Shown here piece by piece: positions 24,435 through 38,317 of a DNA stretch of 64,000 nucleotides. The notes under the pieces are model-generated. The model saw only the letters and a program-made list of their open reading frames with translations. It ran no database searches and was not told the origin of the DNA. The translations under genes were made by a program, and so were the position numbers. Position 1 is the first letter of the stretch. Each line of letters opens with the position of its first letter. This stretch comes from Podarcis bocagei (lineage: Eukaryota). Location: the NCBI GenBank assembly GCA_964188305.1, contig OZ076899.1; one strand, given 5' to 3'.

Positions 24435-27400
24435 ATACCATTACTTACTTGCAAGCAGGATTTCCATCCAGGATGAGACTGGGTGAAGACCTTTGTCTCA
24501 CATACACCCCAAACCTCTTTTCACTACTAGCAAAACTACATTCTCTAGTTATTTTCCACCCATTAGCCCAAAGACCATTCCTGATTTTTCTTGGTGAGAA
24601 TAATCCTGGGGAAGCAGTAATGTCTGTACACATACCCCAGTTTTATCCCATGAACACTCTAAAGGATGGATTAACATCTTTACTTCTAGTACAATAATTA
24701 CATTCTCTAGGGTTAAAGCAAAGATTACATTGACACCTGCTGAGTTTACTAAAATATATTGGGAGGCAATAAATCCTTTAGTGTGTTTATTGTTCTGCCA
24801 TGTAGTTTGATTCAAAACCTTCTGCACAATTTTTAAGGAAAAGGGACAAAATACTGCTATACAGTGCAAGACTGCTTCCACAAACCTTCTGCTCCCAAAA
24901 GCAAAACATTTTCTGAAAGGAAAATGAGCCAAGGTTTCATATTAGGAGATCTAATGGATTACTGTGGCCTGCTGAAGTTCTCTTTGTTCACATATTTTGT
25001 GATTCTCGGGGAGGGACATCACTTTGCATTTCATTCTTAGTCCATGTGGATCACTTTATTTATCCATTGACAAGTATGGGAATTGCATGGAATAGCTGTA
25101 AACTAGAGTGCTAATTAAACAAAAAACACCAAGTCCTCCTATTGATAGTATTTATGTCAAAACCCACAAAAGAACACTACTTCAACTGCCAGTAATGATC
25201 TATTTTAAAAACAGAGCTTTCCTCCCCCAGTAAAATAAACTTTGCATAAGGAAGGCAGATTATATCAGCAAAGCTTAACCTTGATTAAAAGGAAGGAAAA
25301 TAAAAGACGCACCATTTGCCACTTTCTTCCTTACTTCTTCCCCACCCACCGCTTCTTTGAATGGAAATAAGTCTCTTCCAGATCAACAGAGACTGTGCAA
25401 TTGCTGAAAGTGTCCAAGTTCTGACAAGTACCAGACACTCAAAAAAGTTCCAAGTTCCCCAACAGCAACAAACAAGCTAAAGCATATGATAGGTTGCTCA
25501 GTTTATGGTCTCATGGGCAAAAGCCCTCTCCCCAAGTACATGTGCACCATGCGAAAATCCCAATTATGTGATTCTGTGGCACCATCAGGATGTGGCCAAA
25601 TGAATAAAGTACATTGTGGTTGGTAAACTGGCCTCTGGGAACAGCAGCAAACCACAGCAGGATCTATCTACAGTGAAACATGACCACTATAAAATTTCAG
25701 TCAGCCTTGCAACAATATGACTTTACTGCCATCCTTTGTGACAGATCCACCTCCCTTCTCCTTTGCCTCTGCCTTGCCTCCTCCATTTGGCACCAGTCCC
25801 CAAGATAAGACACATAAAAACAAGGGAGGGTCATATGTGTCAGGGGTAATTTAGAAACGTTCTTAACAATTGCCTGAATTTCTCCAGGGATGTTTGTCTC
25901 ACATTCGGAACCCCTGGATGCAGAATAACCTGTTCTCTATCAGACGTCACATCTAAAGTCACATGATTAAGTTAACAGAGAACAAGATAGAAATGGGGAT
26001 ATTTTAAAAGAAGTTTGGAGAATAGTTCCGCCATACTTCTGCTCGGCCAGTTATTAGAGCAAGATGCTTTCTTTGCATTTCTATAAGCTAAAGCAGAGAA
26101 AGTTTTAAAAAAGACCTTCCATGCATTCCATAAAAAGTATTTTTAAAGAAAAGTAATAGGAACCGAATCAGCTTTAATCCCAACTGTGTGATTTAACTAG
26201 AGATGAGCCCTTAACATACACCATAATTGGTTTTTTTCCAAACAAGAAATAGATGCTTGCCATATTCGCTCCCTCCTCTCAATTTCTCTTCTTCCGTGTC
26301 CTTTACTGATGTCATATCTTACATATGCTACTAATATTTTGGCGAAAGCCAAATACATGCATATCATCAACTGCACACTGAGATGATATATTCAAGACCA
26401 TTTTCCAGCCACAAATATTTCTTAATAGAGTCTTGTTTTTGAATATAGCTTCTTGCAAAACCACTTGCTTATGCATACAGGAGGGACACCCTCAGTCTGA
26501 GAGGACAGAGTATGTACTTCACATTCTGCTGATTCAGTTCTCCCCCTCAAATCCCAATTCAAAGAGCAGCATTGTTATCAAAATGCCTTTTACAACAATA
26601 GCATCCTCAGAACAGAGGTTCACCATTTTTGGCAACGGTCCAGCTAATCTTCTATACATATTCTCACATTATCCACTAGCGAAAAAGTCCATATCTGTAC
26701 TAAGAGTCTTATTTGTTTGTCATCTTGGAATTTACAAAAATGAGTGCTACGGGAGATCATGGAGGAAACATGAAACTAGGACAATCCTTTGTAATCTTTT
26801 GTAACTTCCAAAGCAATGTTTTGTGTGAAGTCACAATTGTAGTTCAACACAGGTATTCCTTATTACTTTGGAAAGACAATGTAAAATGCCACCTCTCCCT
26901 GGAGGCTAGTCTGGGAATACAGTATCTTAAAAATGATGCTAGCTGGGATAGCATTCTGCTGACAGATGAAGATTTGGATTCATGGCTCACTTAGACAGCT
27001 GCAGTCCTTGCACAAAATGCAAGCCATTTGAAAATACAGATATTGTCATGTTCCCAATCTGCAGCAAAACACTTATCATCATTGCCAACACTGAGTAACA
27101 ACAAGCAGCAGGCACTAATGCAACAAGGGGACTCAGACCATATACTTTGATGTTTGCTTCCAGTTCACCTGTGACTGAAGCTTTTCCAGCTTACTAACAA
27201 TTCAGTTTATTAATGTTTCAATAGGTAGTTTGACACACCTGAACCAACCAGTTTAGTTGCAGGTCGCATAGGGGTGTTTAAATGTCAGTCACATTATTCC
27301 AAATTACACCTGATAAGGTGCTCAATATTGCCATATTACATCCTATGCTTAGTAATATACAGCTGAACACGATGACATGTATAGGAAACTGGAACTGTCC

Positions 27401-28078
27401 AAATAGCATCTGGTCCTATTTGAAATTTACGTAGAGATTTGAGGAGTTGTCAGAATTCCTCAGATTACTGGAATTCTAAACAATGTAGGTTCATATGTTT
27501 TCCTTCAGTGGTCAGGATTACTAAAACATATTCAAGGGTTACACTTCAGAACAGAAAACAGTCATAATTTTAAAGACACTCTACATAAAGAACTCTACAT
27601 TTCAAAGTTGCTTCTTTGTCCACTTTTTACATGCCTAAAATGACTATATAATTATTCTCAGTTTAGTAGCTGAGGATAAAGAACTGAAATAGAAAGTTAG
27701 TAATGCACACTTCCCAGACTAGAGAGATAACTGGAACATTTTGCTAAAGGAGACACACTGTGATAAAAGATGAAATAAGTCTAGAAAAATATAGCAGGAG
27801 TCAAACAGCTAAACAGTAGTGACGGTAAATAAAATACACACAGTTGCCAACAGTGAAATCTGTAAATATATTCCATGTTTGTTTTCATGCCCAGTATGAT
27901 TTGAATTTAGAATTCATTCTTGATTCAGTTGTAAGATGGTCTTATCTTTGCTTACACATTTGTAAGCCTTGCCACCTATGCCCCACCCCCACATTTTCCA
28001 GGAACCTAAACTGTGCAGATGTATTTTCCTAGGCTATCTCATGTAATTTCCCAAATTTAAGACATCTGCTACACATAC

Positions 28079-28168
28079 CTCTGCCAGTTTGTACGGTAAT
28101 ACAAGCTTCTCCCCCACAGTCACTGTCTTCCTTGTAACTAGTGCTTCAAATAACATTTCTTCTTTTAC
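28079..28168 (-). CDS. MYO9A: MYO9A exon 9 (90 nt) VKEEMLFEALVTRKTVTVGEKLVLPYKLAE
   Basis: Acceptor TTTCCTCCTTAG, donor GAG|GTATGT. Confidence 0.95.
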
Positions 28169-28874
28169 CTAAGGAGGAAAAAAATCACTATTAATCATAA
28201 TTATACAAACATATAAAGGTTAACACTTGGAGAAGAACTAGACTGTGTGCCTCAAGTACCAGTGTTAGTCAAATTATAAGCCTGACATTAAAACACAAAA
28301 TAAACTCTATATTACATCCTGTTTCCTAATTTCTATATTATTCTCTTTTGCACTAGTATCTGAATGCTTACTTTCAATTGCTAAAGCTATACAAAACCCC
28401 ATAGCTCTCTAGTGTGATCAAATATTTCCATTACCCCTAGGCCCATGAAAGGTTCCTACTTCATAGCAAAGGGCAGTCCATGCTACTCATGAAACAGGAC
28501 CTGCATTTGGCCAGGGGCTACAGATTCAGGCAGTCTGAAATCTTTCTTTTGAACATAGGATTTTCCTTAAGGTAGTTATAAAAGACTTCCTTTTCCTGTT
28601 AAGAAGTTTTATATACACTTATTCTCCTAGTATTTATTAATCATTTATACAGTATTTAATATACAAAGTACTTTACAGTTCTATTCATTTTCACAATAAC
28701 CTATGAGGTAGATCACTATTGTTTTGCAAATAGGTAAACATTGATTTTAACTGATGTCTCATCTAAAACTCATCTGAGTGAGCCCACTCTGACCCCCAAA
28801 TAATTGATTTGCCTAAAAATGACAGTTTTGCAATAGGTTCAAAGCAGACAGGAGAAAGTACATATTTGCACAAT

Positions 28875-28934
28875 CAGTGCTTTTTTCTAAAAAAAAATGT
28901 TTAGGGGTATGCGTCCCCCCAGAAAAAACCACTG
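28875..28934. mobile_element. 60-bp hAT-type MITE
   Basis: CAGTGCTTTTTTCT...AGAAAAAACCACTG; 8-bp TSD tgcacaat/tgtacaat. Confidence 0.75.
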
Positions 28935-29602
28935 TGTACAATACATAACTATAGACCTCATTGCAAGTTGTGGTGACAGCCACCAACTCACATGTTGTTG
29001 TTGTTGTTAAAGTATAGATAAAGACTATAGAAAACAGCTACTATAATGAATGACTATAGATAGATCTCAATGGAACTGTTATATGGAACCGTTATATGGA
29101 GAGCTTCTGCTTAAAAGAAGTTGTCAATGAACAACAAGGAATGGCCATCAACTTCATGTCTTGCTTGCAAGCTGGCTGGACATTGTTGGAAACTATATTT
29201 GACCAGGCCAGCCACTCCCAACCTAGCCCCCTTCATATGTTGTTGGACTACAGGTGCCATCATCCCAGAACACAGCCCATGCAGATGTTTGGATTTGGAG
29301 TCCAACTTATGTGTAGGGCACCTAGTTAGGAAGGGCTGGATTTAGATTACCTTTAGTTCAATGAAAGTTTTGGTGAGAAACAACATCATATACTAGTGTG
29401 AAGTTTCAGTTTAAAGGACATGAGGTCCAATATTCTTGATGCATAAGTTGCCTTCTTCTGCCTACACACACACACACACACACACAAATAAAGCTCTTTC
29501 ATACAAGGCTATTCTGCTTCTAGAGTGCTCTGCACGCTACAAGTATCTGGAAGTTCTGCAGATCAGGGAACACAGTCCACTACCTTCCTGTAAAATGAAA
29601 TA

Positions 29603-29828
29603 CAGTGGTACCTCAGGTTACATACGCTTCAGGTTACAGACTCCGCTAACCCAGAAATAGTGCTTCAGGCTAAGAACTTTGCTTCAGGGTGAGAACAGAG
29701 ATCGTGCTCTGGCGGCGCAGTGGCAGCAGGAGGCCCCATTAGCTAAAGTGGTGCTTCAGGTTAAGAACAGTTTCAGGTCAAGAACAGACCTCCGGAACGA
29801 ATTAAGCACTTAACCTGAGGTACCACTA
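29603..29828. mobile_element. Tigger/pogo-like MITE, family A, copy 2
   Basis: TA-CAGTGGTACCTCAGGTTA...TAACCTGAGGTACCACTA-TA. Confidence 0.9.
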
Positions 29829-30654
29829 TAATAAGCTCCATGACTTTAGAAGTGCCTTGTCTCAATCAAGTCCAGAGAAGGAAACAAAGGAGATATGCTT
29901 TCAATACAGAGGGTTCAGTGTTCCACAGGGAGCTCATGGTTTTCCATACAGTGACTCCTATGTAAAACTCTGCCTAATGATTACATCCAGACCTCCTGAT
30001 GTGAAGGAAAAAAGCGAGCCAATCTGAGGCAGATGGAGAAAATGACAGTGCCATAAGCAAGGCAAAATGACAGCTCTAAGCACAGAATGATCCCTAACAC
30101 TATAAAAGCTATTGACACACAAAAGGAATGCATACTAAAGGTCTGAAGCAGAAATGGTTACGTGGGGTTGTATTACTTGGAGAGGTTAAACTCCCGTGTG
30201 TGTGTTATGATTCACTGAAAGCATTTCATTCCACTTGGACACAAGTTCACATTCCTCTAACACAGTATCTGTAAAAGACACCATTTATAAACCTTGCCTT
30301 CATAACACTTTCAGGCTAGTAAAATAAAATGAAAAATACAGTCTCAGAATAGTTGGCCTTCCACTCATGATCCCAAGTCAGTTCCAACTTCAAAACAAAA
30401 ACTGGCTCCAGCTCGAAGATATCTTGAACCTTTGACCTTGGATTTCCTTGCAAAAGGGCCAATATGAACACACAGTACTTTAAATGATTGCACATTTCAC
30501 AGCAAGAATGGTTCTAGCCTGCACGATGAGATTCAGAGTGTACTATATGGATATTGCCCTTTGGGGAAAATATTCTTGATAAATAATCCTATACAGTGCT
30601 ATCAGTTACATCTATCTTTGTAACCAAAGCCAGTTCATGCATAGCTCATAAATG

Positions 30655-30852
30655 GAGAGGGATCATAGATGGGTGGTAGAACACTTCCTGTGCAAGCAGA
30701 AGACCCAGGTTCAATCACTGGCATCTCCAGTTCAAAGGATCGGGTAGCAGATGAGGAAAAGACCTCTGTCTGACACTATATAAAACTTCTGCCAACGAGG
30801 TGGCAATACCAGGCTAAATGGACAGATAAACCGAACAAGGCACTACCTTACA
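30655..30852 (+). mobile_element. tRNA-derived squamate SINE (Squam3-like), decayed
   Basis: A/B-box-like head (gtggtagaacac...caggttcaatc), ggcatctccag core and aaggcac-type tail. Confidence 0.55.
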
Positions 30853-32441
30853 TTCTTATTTTCACTTGTCTAGAATTTTGTTCCAACCAAACCTGTAAAA
30901 TGCACAAGCACGTTGTGATAACAAAGGGAACAGAGGGTGAGAACACTATATCGTCCCCCAAGCCTTTCCAGCACTGTACCACACCCTAGGGAGAGGTGCA
31001 CTGAACACAGGTACAGTGGCCCCCCTCTTTTAATCTCCACGCAGAACTGAACTAATGCCAAAGCTTTCTGCAACTCATAAGCGCTAAGACAACTTTCCAA
31101 CACGCCTGAAAAGTAAACACTCTGAGCACTCAAATTGTGAGATTTCTTCACAACATAGTTCTCCCCCCATCAGATGTGTGAAATATTTTACTAGTAAATA
31201 ACATTCCAGTTGCTTATATATTCTGTTTTAGAGAACAGATGAAACATGGAAACCAAGACTCAATGTGATGACATGTGGATGAAATCTCAGGTCTGTATAA
31301 GAGGCGCATGATTGCCAACATTTGCTATTGCAAGGAATAAATTAAACCAGTCTGGCAGCATTCAGTTCCTTTGCTGAACAAGACTCGGTTATTTTTAAAC
31401 AACAATTTGACAGATGTACCCATTGCAATCTCGGCTTTCCAAATTAAAGCACTTTAAACCTTTGCCAGCCCAAATAACGGCTCTCAACACTTATCTGAAG
31501 TATTCATATGTTGTGTTTTCTCACAGTATATGAAAGGCTTGCAATTCTTAAAGTGGCCATGTAGAAAGAAGCAATGTGTCACCCTTCTCCACACCCTGCC
31601 AATTTAGGAAAGAACCACAAACTGATTTGTCCACAGTTATTTGAGAAATGCCACACACAGTGAAGTTTGAATGAAACTCAAGTACATGGCTGTATTCAAC
31701 ATTAAATATTAGCGGTGGAGTAGATATGCAGCTGAATGAGCTGAAAGAACAAATTTTACTTCTTTTTTGTTTACTTACTTTCCTCAACCAAAGAAACGTG
31801 TATGGAGAGCTCTTCCCCTGCCGTCTGCCTCATTGTGGTCAAGAATGTTAACCCCCCCCCTTCACACTCACCCTCTGCTAGATGGGAATAATGTGTACAA
31901 CAGCCACAATGGTGTACAGAGGGCTGTGACCAAACCACCCTCCATAGCAGCTCATCTCCCAGTTTGTTTGATGCAGTGCCTGGAGGCATGGCTTCTGAGA
32001 GAGAAAACAGCAGGACAATATTCCTGCCCACCCTCCATAGCCATTTCTAGGCAATATAGTAACTTGGGTTTTAAAATAACTGCTTCTTCTCCTTGGAGGC
32101 AAGGTGGAAATATACCAGCAGTGAAATTTATGACTAGCTAAGCAGAGAAGATGGACTAAAGCCTTTCAGTCACTGGAAACATATTGATATTATTGTGGGT
32201 GACTGAAGAAAGATTGGACCATGCCTTGGGGTGGGGTAGGGTTCAAAACCTTGGCAGGGCTATAGCCCACTTTGTCCATAAGAAGGCTGCCCAGATGTGT
32301 TGAAGAGGGATGACTCCTTTCTCCCTGGTTTTCTACTGCAAGCATAAATTGGATATTAAGGGGCACCACGAGGGCAGACAAAGCTCATGGGTGTCCTGTA
32401 AAACAGGCTTAGGTAAAGGTTTTATGTTGTATCCAATGGTA

Positions 32442-32797
32442 AAGGTAAAGGTAAAGGGACCCCTGACCATTAGGTCCAGTCGTGACCGACTCTGGAGTTG
32501 CAGCACTTATCTCGCTTTATTGGTCAAGGGAGCCGGCGTACAGCTTCCGGGTCATGTGGCCAGCATGACTAAGCCACTTCTGGCGAACCAGAGCAGCGCA
32601 CGGAAACGCCACTTACCTTCCTGCCGGAGCAGTACCTATTTATTTACTTGCACTTGACGTGCTTTCAAACTGCTAGGTTGGCAGGAGCAGGGACCGAGCA
32701 ATGGGAGCTCACCCTGTCGCAGGGATTCGAACTGCCGACCTTCTGATCAGCAAGTCCTAGGCTCTGTGGTTTAACCCACAGCACCACCCGCGTCCCA
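32442..32797 (-). mobile_element. Sauria SINE, full length
   Basis: Minus-strand 5' GGGACGCGGGTGGTGCTGTGG tRNA-like head, (ACCTTT)n tail, 13-bp TSD gtatccaatggta. Confidence 0.92.
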
Positions 32798-32832
32798 GTA
32801 TCCAATGGTAGTCATAGTTAAAATAGGTCTAT

Positions 32833-33370
32833 TGTCAGGGGCTGGCTGGACAACAAGGAGGTGCCCGTCAGGGAACCCCCAAGGCAAATCCGAGAGGAGG
32901 AAGGTCCAGAGCCCAGGGATTGGTGGTTGGAAACCGATGAGAGATCAGAGGGAGAAGTTTGGGGGGAGGTGCTGGATACTGAAGGGAGTTTAGTGAGGAG
33001 GAGGAACCTGTAACAGGGAGAAGTTTAGACTTTGAGACAGAAGCAGAGGAGGGGGGTCAAGAGGCTGCTCCTGAGAGTCTTCCCTCTCCTGCTGTGACAA
33101 GCTCCCCATGGTCTCCAAGAACACACAGGATAATGAGGAGAGTGGAACAGAGGTCAGAGATGGGCAGACAGAGTTTGAGACTGCTTGGGAAACATTCGGG
33201 AGTGGAAGAGCCTTAGGAGTGGAAGGCAGGGAGTTCAGTCCCGGCAACTGCTCCGCAGGGGCAAGACCTACTGGGAAGTGTTGCTGAGTTGTATGCCGTT
33301 TCCTTGAATAAAGCACTGACAACTGCCTCTGCTTCTTCGTGCTGACCTACATCGGACTTCAGCCCTGACA
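32833..33370 (+). mobile_element. Probable solo LTR (538 bp, Gypsy-like)
   Basis: TGTCAGGG...CCCTGACA inverted ends, purine-rich body, AATAAA at 33307; TSD not convincing. Confidence 0.65.
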
Positions 33371-33585
33371 TCAACTGAAATTAATATACACAGCTAACTT
33401 AGGGCCATTAATTTCAGTGTAGAACTTAGTTACATACAGCTCTCCTGGTCTCTGTAAGGGAAAATACCATTGAGGGGGAATGTCTGACTTCCAGAGATTA
33501 AGCATTTCAGAATTATACATGTGATGCATTGTAGCTATTTTGAACTTCCTACTGGAGCCAAGAACTAGCCAGATGCATAATAATA

Positions 33586-33803
33586 CAGTGGTACCCCGGG
33601 TTACAGACGCTTCATGTTACAGACTCCACTCACCCAGAAATAGTACCTTGGGTTAAGAACTTTACCTCAGGATGAGAACAGAAATCTTGCGCCGCCAGCT
33701 GTGGGAGGCCCCATTAGCTAAAGTGTTACCTCAGGTTAAGAACGGTTTCAGGTTAAAAACGGACCTCCAGAACGAATTAAGTACGTAACCAGAGGTACCA
33801 CTG
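33586..33803. mobile_element. Tigger/pogo-like MITE, family A, copy 3
   Basis: TA-CAGTGGTACC...GGTACCACTG-TA. Confidence 0.9.
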
Positions 33804-35619
33804 TAATCCAGGAGAAACCATAATATATACCCTACCAGGATTGTAATCAGGATCTGCATGCATAGAACTACAATACACATTCCGTTTCTGTGTATGATCC
33901 TGAATTCTACAGCCCAATTCTATTCAGGTTAGTCAGAAGAAAATCCCATTTTTGGTGAACTGGACTAAATTCCAAGTAAGTGTATGCTTACTTAGCATCC
34001 TTAGCTTTAAAGTAAGCAATCTTGTTTGATATCTTTGGCTTGTTTAGAGAGGCTCAAACAAATCTGTGGGTTTCTTAGCAGACATAATTTTGCAAGTGAA
34101 AAGGGCTGCATTACCAAAATGTTTTGGATTATATTGAATAAATTATGTTGAATAAAAGCTATTCTTAGTTGCAAACCAATATATTTTGTTACAGCAACCA
34201 ACTACTACGCATGCTTGATCAGGATTTAAATTCTGCCTTTCATCTTGAACTATGGGTTTCCAAGAAAACTCACAATTAAAAGTATAATTATACAAATGAA
34301 TGCATAAAAGCAATGCTGATAAAAATCAACAATAAAAATTAATGCAGCAAGAGAAGAAACTCAGCACAGACCAGAGGCAAGGCTAGATAATAACAAAAAA
34401 AAAGTCTTAAAAGCATGTTGGACGACTATGGGGAAGATTGTACCATATGGTCTGGGTGCTTTAACTGCAAAGGCCTATACTTTTGTCCCCACCCAATCAT
34501 GCCTCTAAAGGAGGTGGAATGAGAAACTGGTTTTCAGATGCTGAATGCAACAGGAAGTCAGATTTATAAAGGAATACAAATTTCAAAACAGGAAATATGA
34601 CTTACATTGATTATTTAAAGCTCCCTTTTTCTCGGAAATTTTAAATATTTAAAATCTGCACTCCTACATTCTGTCGAAAAAGTGAAGTATCCTATTTGTT
34701 TCTGGACATGAACACAGTTGTAGATCTGAGATATCTACCACAAGTCAAGCAGCAATGAAGTGCTGTGGCCAGTTATACTTTAAAGACTAGTAAAAGAATA
34801 CTGATACCTATAAATGTCAAAATAGCTCAGAAGGAAGAGCAGAGATCATGCAGCCAGACTCATACAAAAGGCTGGTTGGAAGCCAAGACAGACTGAAGAT
34901 TACTTATCCAGAACTGACAATGCTGTTTCAGACAAAGCAGATGAATTGCAGCAAATGGAGAGCTAATCTCAGGCCAAGAGCTAAGAATAATTATCTCTTC
35001 TGTTTCAAAGACCTTCATGCTGGAAGTCAAGTGTCATTAAATTCTTGGTACAACCGAAGAGCCCAATGCTCACCAGAAAGAGTAGTGGTGCCCTGCCTAT
35101 TAAGCTTCCTAACTGAAGAGGCTCACCTGGTACCCACTTTATTGGTGTTTATCTGGCACCAAAACAATTTATTTTCACTGGCTTTTAAAGTTTTGAGTCT
35201 TAAAACTGCTTTGTATCTTGACATGAACTACCCTGGGAACAATTTGGTTAAAGGATGGTATATATGTGTGCAAAATAAAATCAAACTACCAGCAAGGAGA
35301 AACAAGAGTGTTATGTGAGTAATGGCAAGTGGCATAGATACCTCTAAAAGGAAATAAGACAAAATCATAGAGGGTAGAACTATTGAGAGCTATTAGCTAT
35401 GGATAGTCATGCTATGTATTTTAATCTCTGCAAACTGCCCTAGAATGTATTCTGGTGAAGGGTGGTTTGTTTTTTAAAAATGAATGAATGAATGTATAAA
35501 TCTGTATAGAACCTCAAGGCTCAAAGACAACAAATTATGTATGCTAGATTGTTCCTGTGAGACAAAATGTAGGACAGTTGTTACATTCATGCCATAGCCC
35601 TGTAAACTTGTTTTTGAGA

Positions 35620-36245
35620 AACCAATGCTGAGTCTTCGTAATCACAACATTCTTTTCTAAGAGTTCACAGACTGACTGCTTAATTATCTGTTCTAGGACC
35701 ATTCCTGGTATTGATGTCAAGCTGACTAGTTGGTAGTTACCTGGGTCTTCCTTCCCCCCACTTTTGAAGATGGGGACAACATTTGTCTACCTCCACTCAG
35801 GAAGGACCTCACCTATTCTCCCAAAATTCTCAAAGATTACATTCAGAAGCTCTGAGATTACATCTGTAAACTCCTTTACATCTGTAAACTCCTTGGGTGC
35901 AGCTCATCAGGCCCTGGAGATTTGAATTCATTTAAAATAGTTAAGTGTTCCCTTACCACCTCTTTTCCTATCTTGGGCTTCAGTTCCTTCCCTGCATCAT
36001 TTATTCTGTTATCACCAGGTCAGGCACTGCTTTCCTTTTCATTCAAGACAGAGGCAAAGTAGGTGTTGAGCAGTTCCACCTCCTCTGTCCCCCAAGAGTA
36101 TTCCTCTGTCTTCTCCAAGCAAAGGACCTACTAGTTGCTTGTTCTTCCTCTTGCTTTGAACATAGTTGAAGAAACCTTTCTTATTATTTTTAACCTCTCT
36201 TGCAAGCCTGAGCTCATTCTGAGTTTTGGCCCACCTGACCTGCAC
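35620..36245 (-). mobile_element. CR1 LINE ORF2 internal fragment
   Basis: Minus-frame AKTQNELRLAREVKNNKKGFFNYVQSKRK and NVVPIFK...EDPGNY...SLTSIPG motifs; contains an 18-bp tandem duplication at 35858-35893. Confidence 0.85.
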
Positions 36246-37047
36246 TGATTTTATTCTACTCTAGTTGTTTGAAAAAGAAACATGGGGAAAAGTACATATC
36301 TGATGCACTTTTAGAAAGTACACAATGCTATTTCAGTTGTAACGCTTGCAGAAAACACTCCAGAGATGCTAATGAAACTTACTACAAACCTAACTTATTG
36401 TAGGTGAGCATTTTGCGAGAAATCAAAATTAAGTCAGTAGGAAGTAAAAACTGCATGTGATCAAAGTCAAAAACTATTATAAAAGTATGGGAGAACTGCA
36501 CTAGTCTGCCTTATTTTAAGTATGGTGTGGGGTTTTGGGGTTTGTTTTTTTAAAAGAAAGCTTTACATTCATTTGATTCATTTATTCACAGGTGCCTCTG
36601 ATGACAACTTCAAAATTAAGGCAAGTAGTGTTATAAGCACCTCCTTTCTCCCACCATGAAGTGTGGTTTAAAATATACATCTTAGAAACTCAAATCCACT
36701 CCAGAACCCTCTCTTGTCCCCACCCCTCAGATAAGGAGCTGGTAACTAGAGACAAGGTCATCAGAGTGCGGCAGTAGCAACATGACAATAGAACTCTCTT
36801 TTCATATAGCTGGATGGTGCTGATGATAGTGTTGCTATTGCAACCCACCTTAGATCAGGCTGTGACCTGGCAGTGGGTCCTGACCCACCAGTTGAAGACC
36901 AATGAACCAAACTACCAAAACGAATAGTTTCATTATAAATAATATATTTTTAAGAGGCTGAGTTTCTCCCCAGCCCCACCTCCAAAAATACCCAAGTTGA
37001 AAGAAAGGGAAGAACTGGGTAAATCATGTCAAAGTTTCATGGCTTAC

Positions 37048-37174
37048 CTCTAGCAGCTCTGAGACAATAGGAAGGACTTCGGGATTACAGATATCTATGG
37101 AATCATCTCGGTAGGTTTTCTTCTTGTAACAGATGTTACCCAAGTGTAGTATTGCAGACAAAATGGAAAAAATC
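37048..37174 (-). CDS. MYO9A: MYO9A exon 8 (127 nt) IFSILSAILHLGNICYKKKTYRDDSIDICNPEVLPIVSELLE
   Basis: Acceptor CCCATAG, donor GAG|GTAAGC; AILHLGN motif. Confidence 0.96.
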
Positions 37175-38219
37175 CTATGGGCATAAAACAACACCTTTTC
37201 TCTTTCTTTTTCTTCACAGTAAATGCAAGTTTACCAACATTTCACTACATATTGGGCTCTGTGATTTTGTATGCCAGACTTTATTAAGCAGTATTTCAAT
37301 ATACTAGCATATTGTCACATTATGTGTTGCATTTATCAGCTATTAGGCAAATATATTCAGTACTACACCCAATAATATAATGCCACAGCTTTTCCTGTTT
37401 TACTAGGATGTTAGATATTATATTAAGATTACTTAAAAAGGGACAAGCTGATATGCAGATTTTTTCTAAACACTTGTTGGGTCAGGTAAGCCAGATTGAT
37501 TTGTATGCTGTTGGTGGATTCTTGTTGTTGTCTTGTTGGGCTGTGTATGTGATAAAGGGGAGCCAGACTGGAGTTAAGGTGTCCTCTTCTATTTGTCCCT
37601 GTGTCAGTTTCAGTTTATTGGTTGGCTTTTCTTGTAAGGCTGATTCCCATACAATTTGATACCATTGGTCCATGTTTACTCCTGACAGGTCTCTCCAGTG
37701 TCTAGCTATGAGGCATAAATATTTAAAAAATAAAGTTACAAATGATACGAAAACAAACAAAATGTTATTAAGCAAATCTGTTCTGAATGTTTCTGTGGTC
37801 ATTTAGCAACCTATTGATTTAGTGACATGTACAATTAACTAATTAGCAAGCAATATAAGTATAGCTATATAATATGTATTGGGTTCTGTGTTTGGGATCT
37901 TTAGCCTACTCAAGCCCAGAGATCCAAAGAAGGCTACAAAAATAAAGTTGTTAATAACCAAAGCAATAGTAATTCATACAGAGTTCTGTTGGAGCTTATT
38001 CACACTAACATTTTTAAAACAGTAATGGCACTGGGTGACTTCAATGGCTTTCTGCTCCTAAAAGCCAGGACAGATGCACAGTATTATGGCTGCAACTCAT
38101 TCAATCATGTATAAACTTCAGAAAGTGTTGGCTGAGCATCAATCAAATACACATGCTGCAGCATTCACAACACTAATCCACGACTTAATAATGCACTGTT
38201 ATAAGGAACATCAACTTAC

Positions 38220-38317
38220 TGCTTGCGAGTCTTGGGAAGGAAGCCCACCATCTCCATAGCTAGCTGCAAACGCTCAAAGTCATGCTTCAGATCTTCCCCT
38301 TCAACAGAGAAGCAATC
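38220..38317 (-). CDS. MYO9A: MYO9A exon 7 (98 nt) [33 protein letters not shown]
   Basis: Acceptor CAATAG, donor GTAAGT; frame continuity. Confidence 0.95.

Noticed and set aside
32690-32797. tRNA gene-like A/B boxes
   Set aside because: This is the head of a Sauria SINE, with no complete cloverleaf.
34848-35318. 156-aa plus-strand ORF
   Set aside because: No recognisable domain or splice support; overlaps what looks like decayed LINE sequence.
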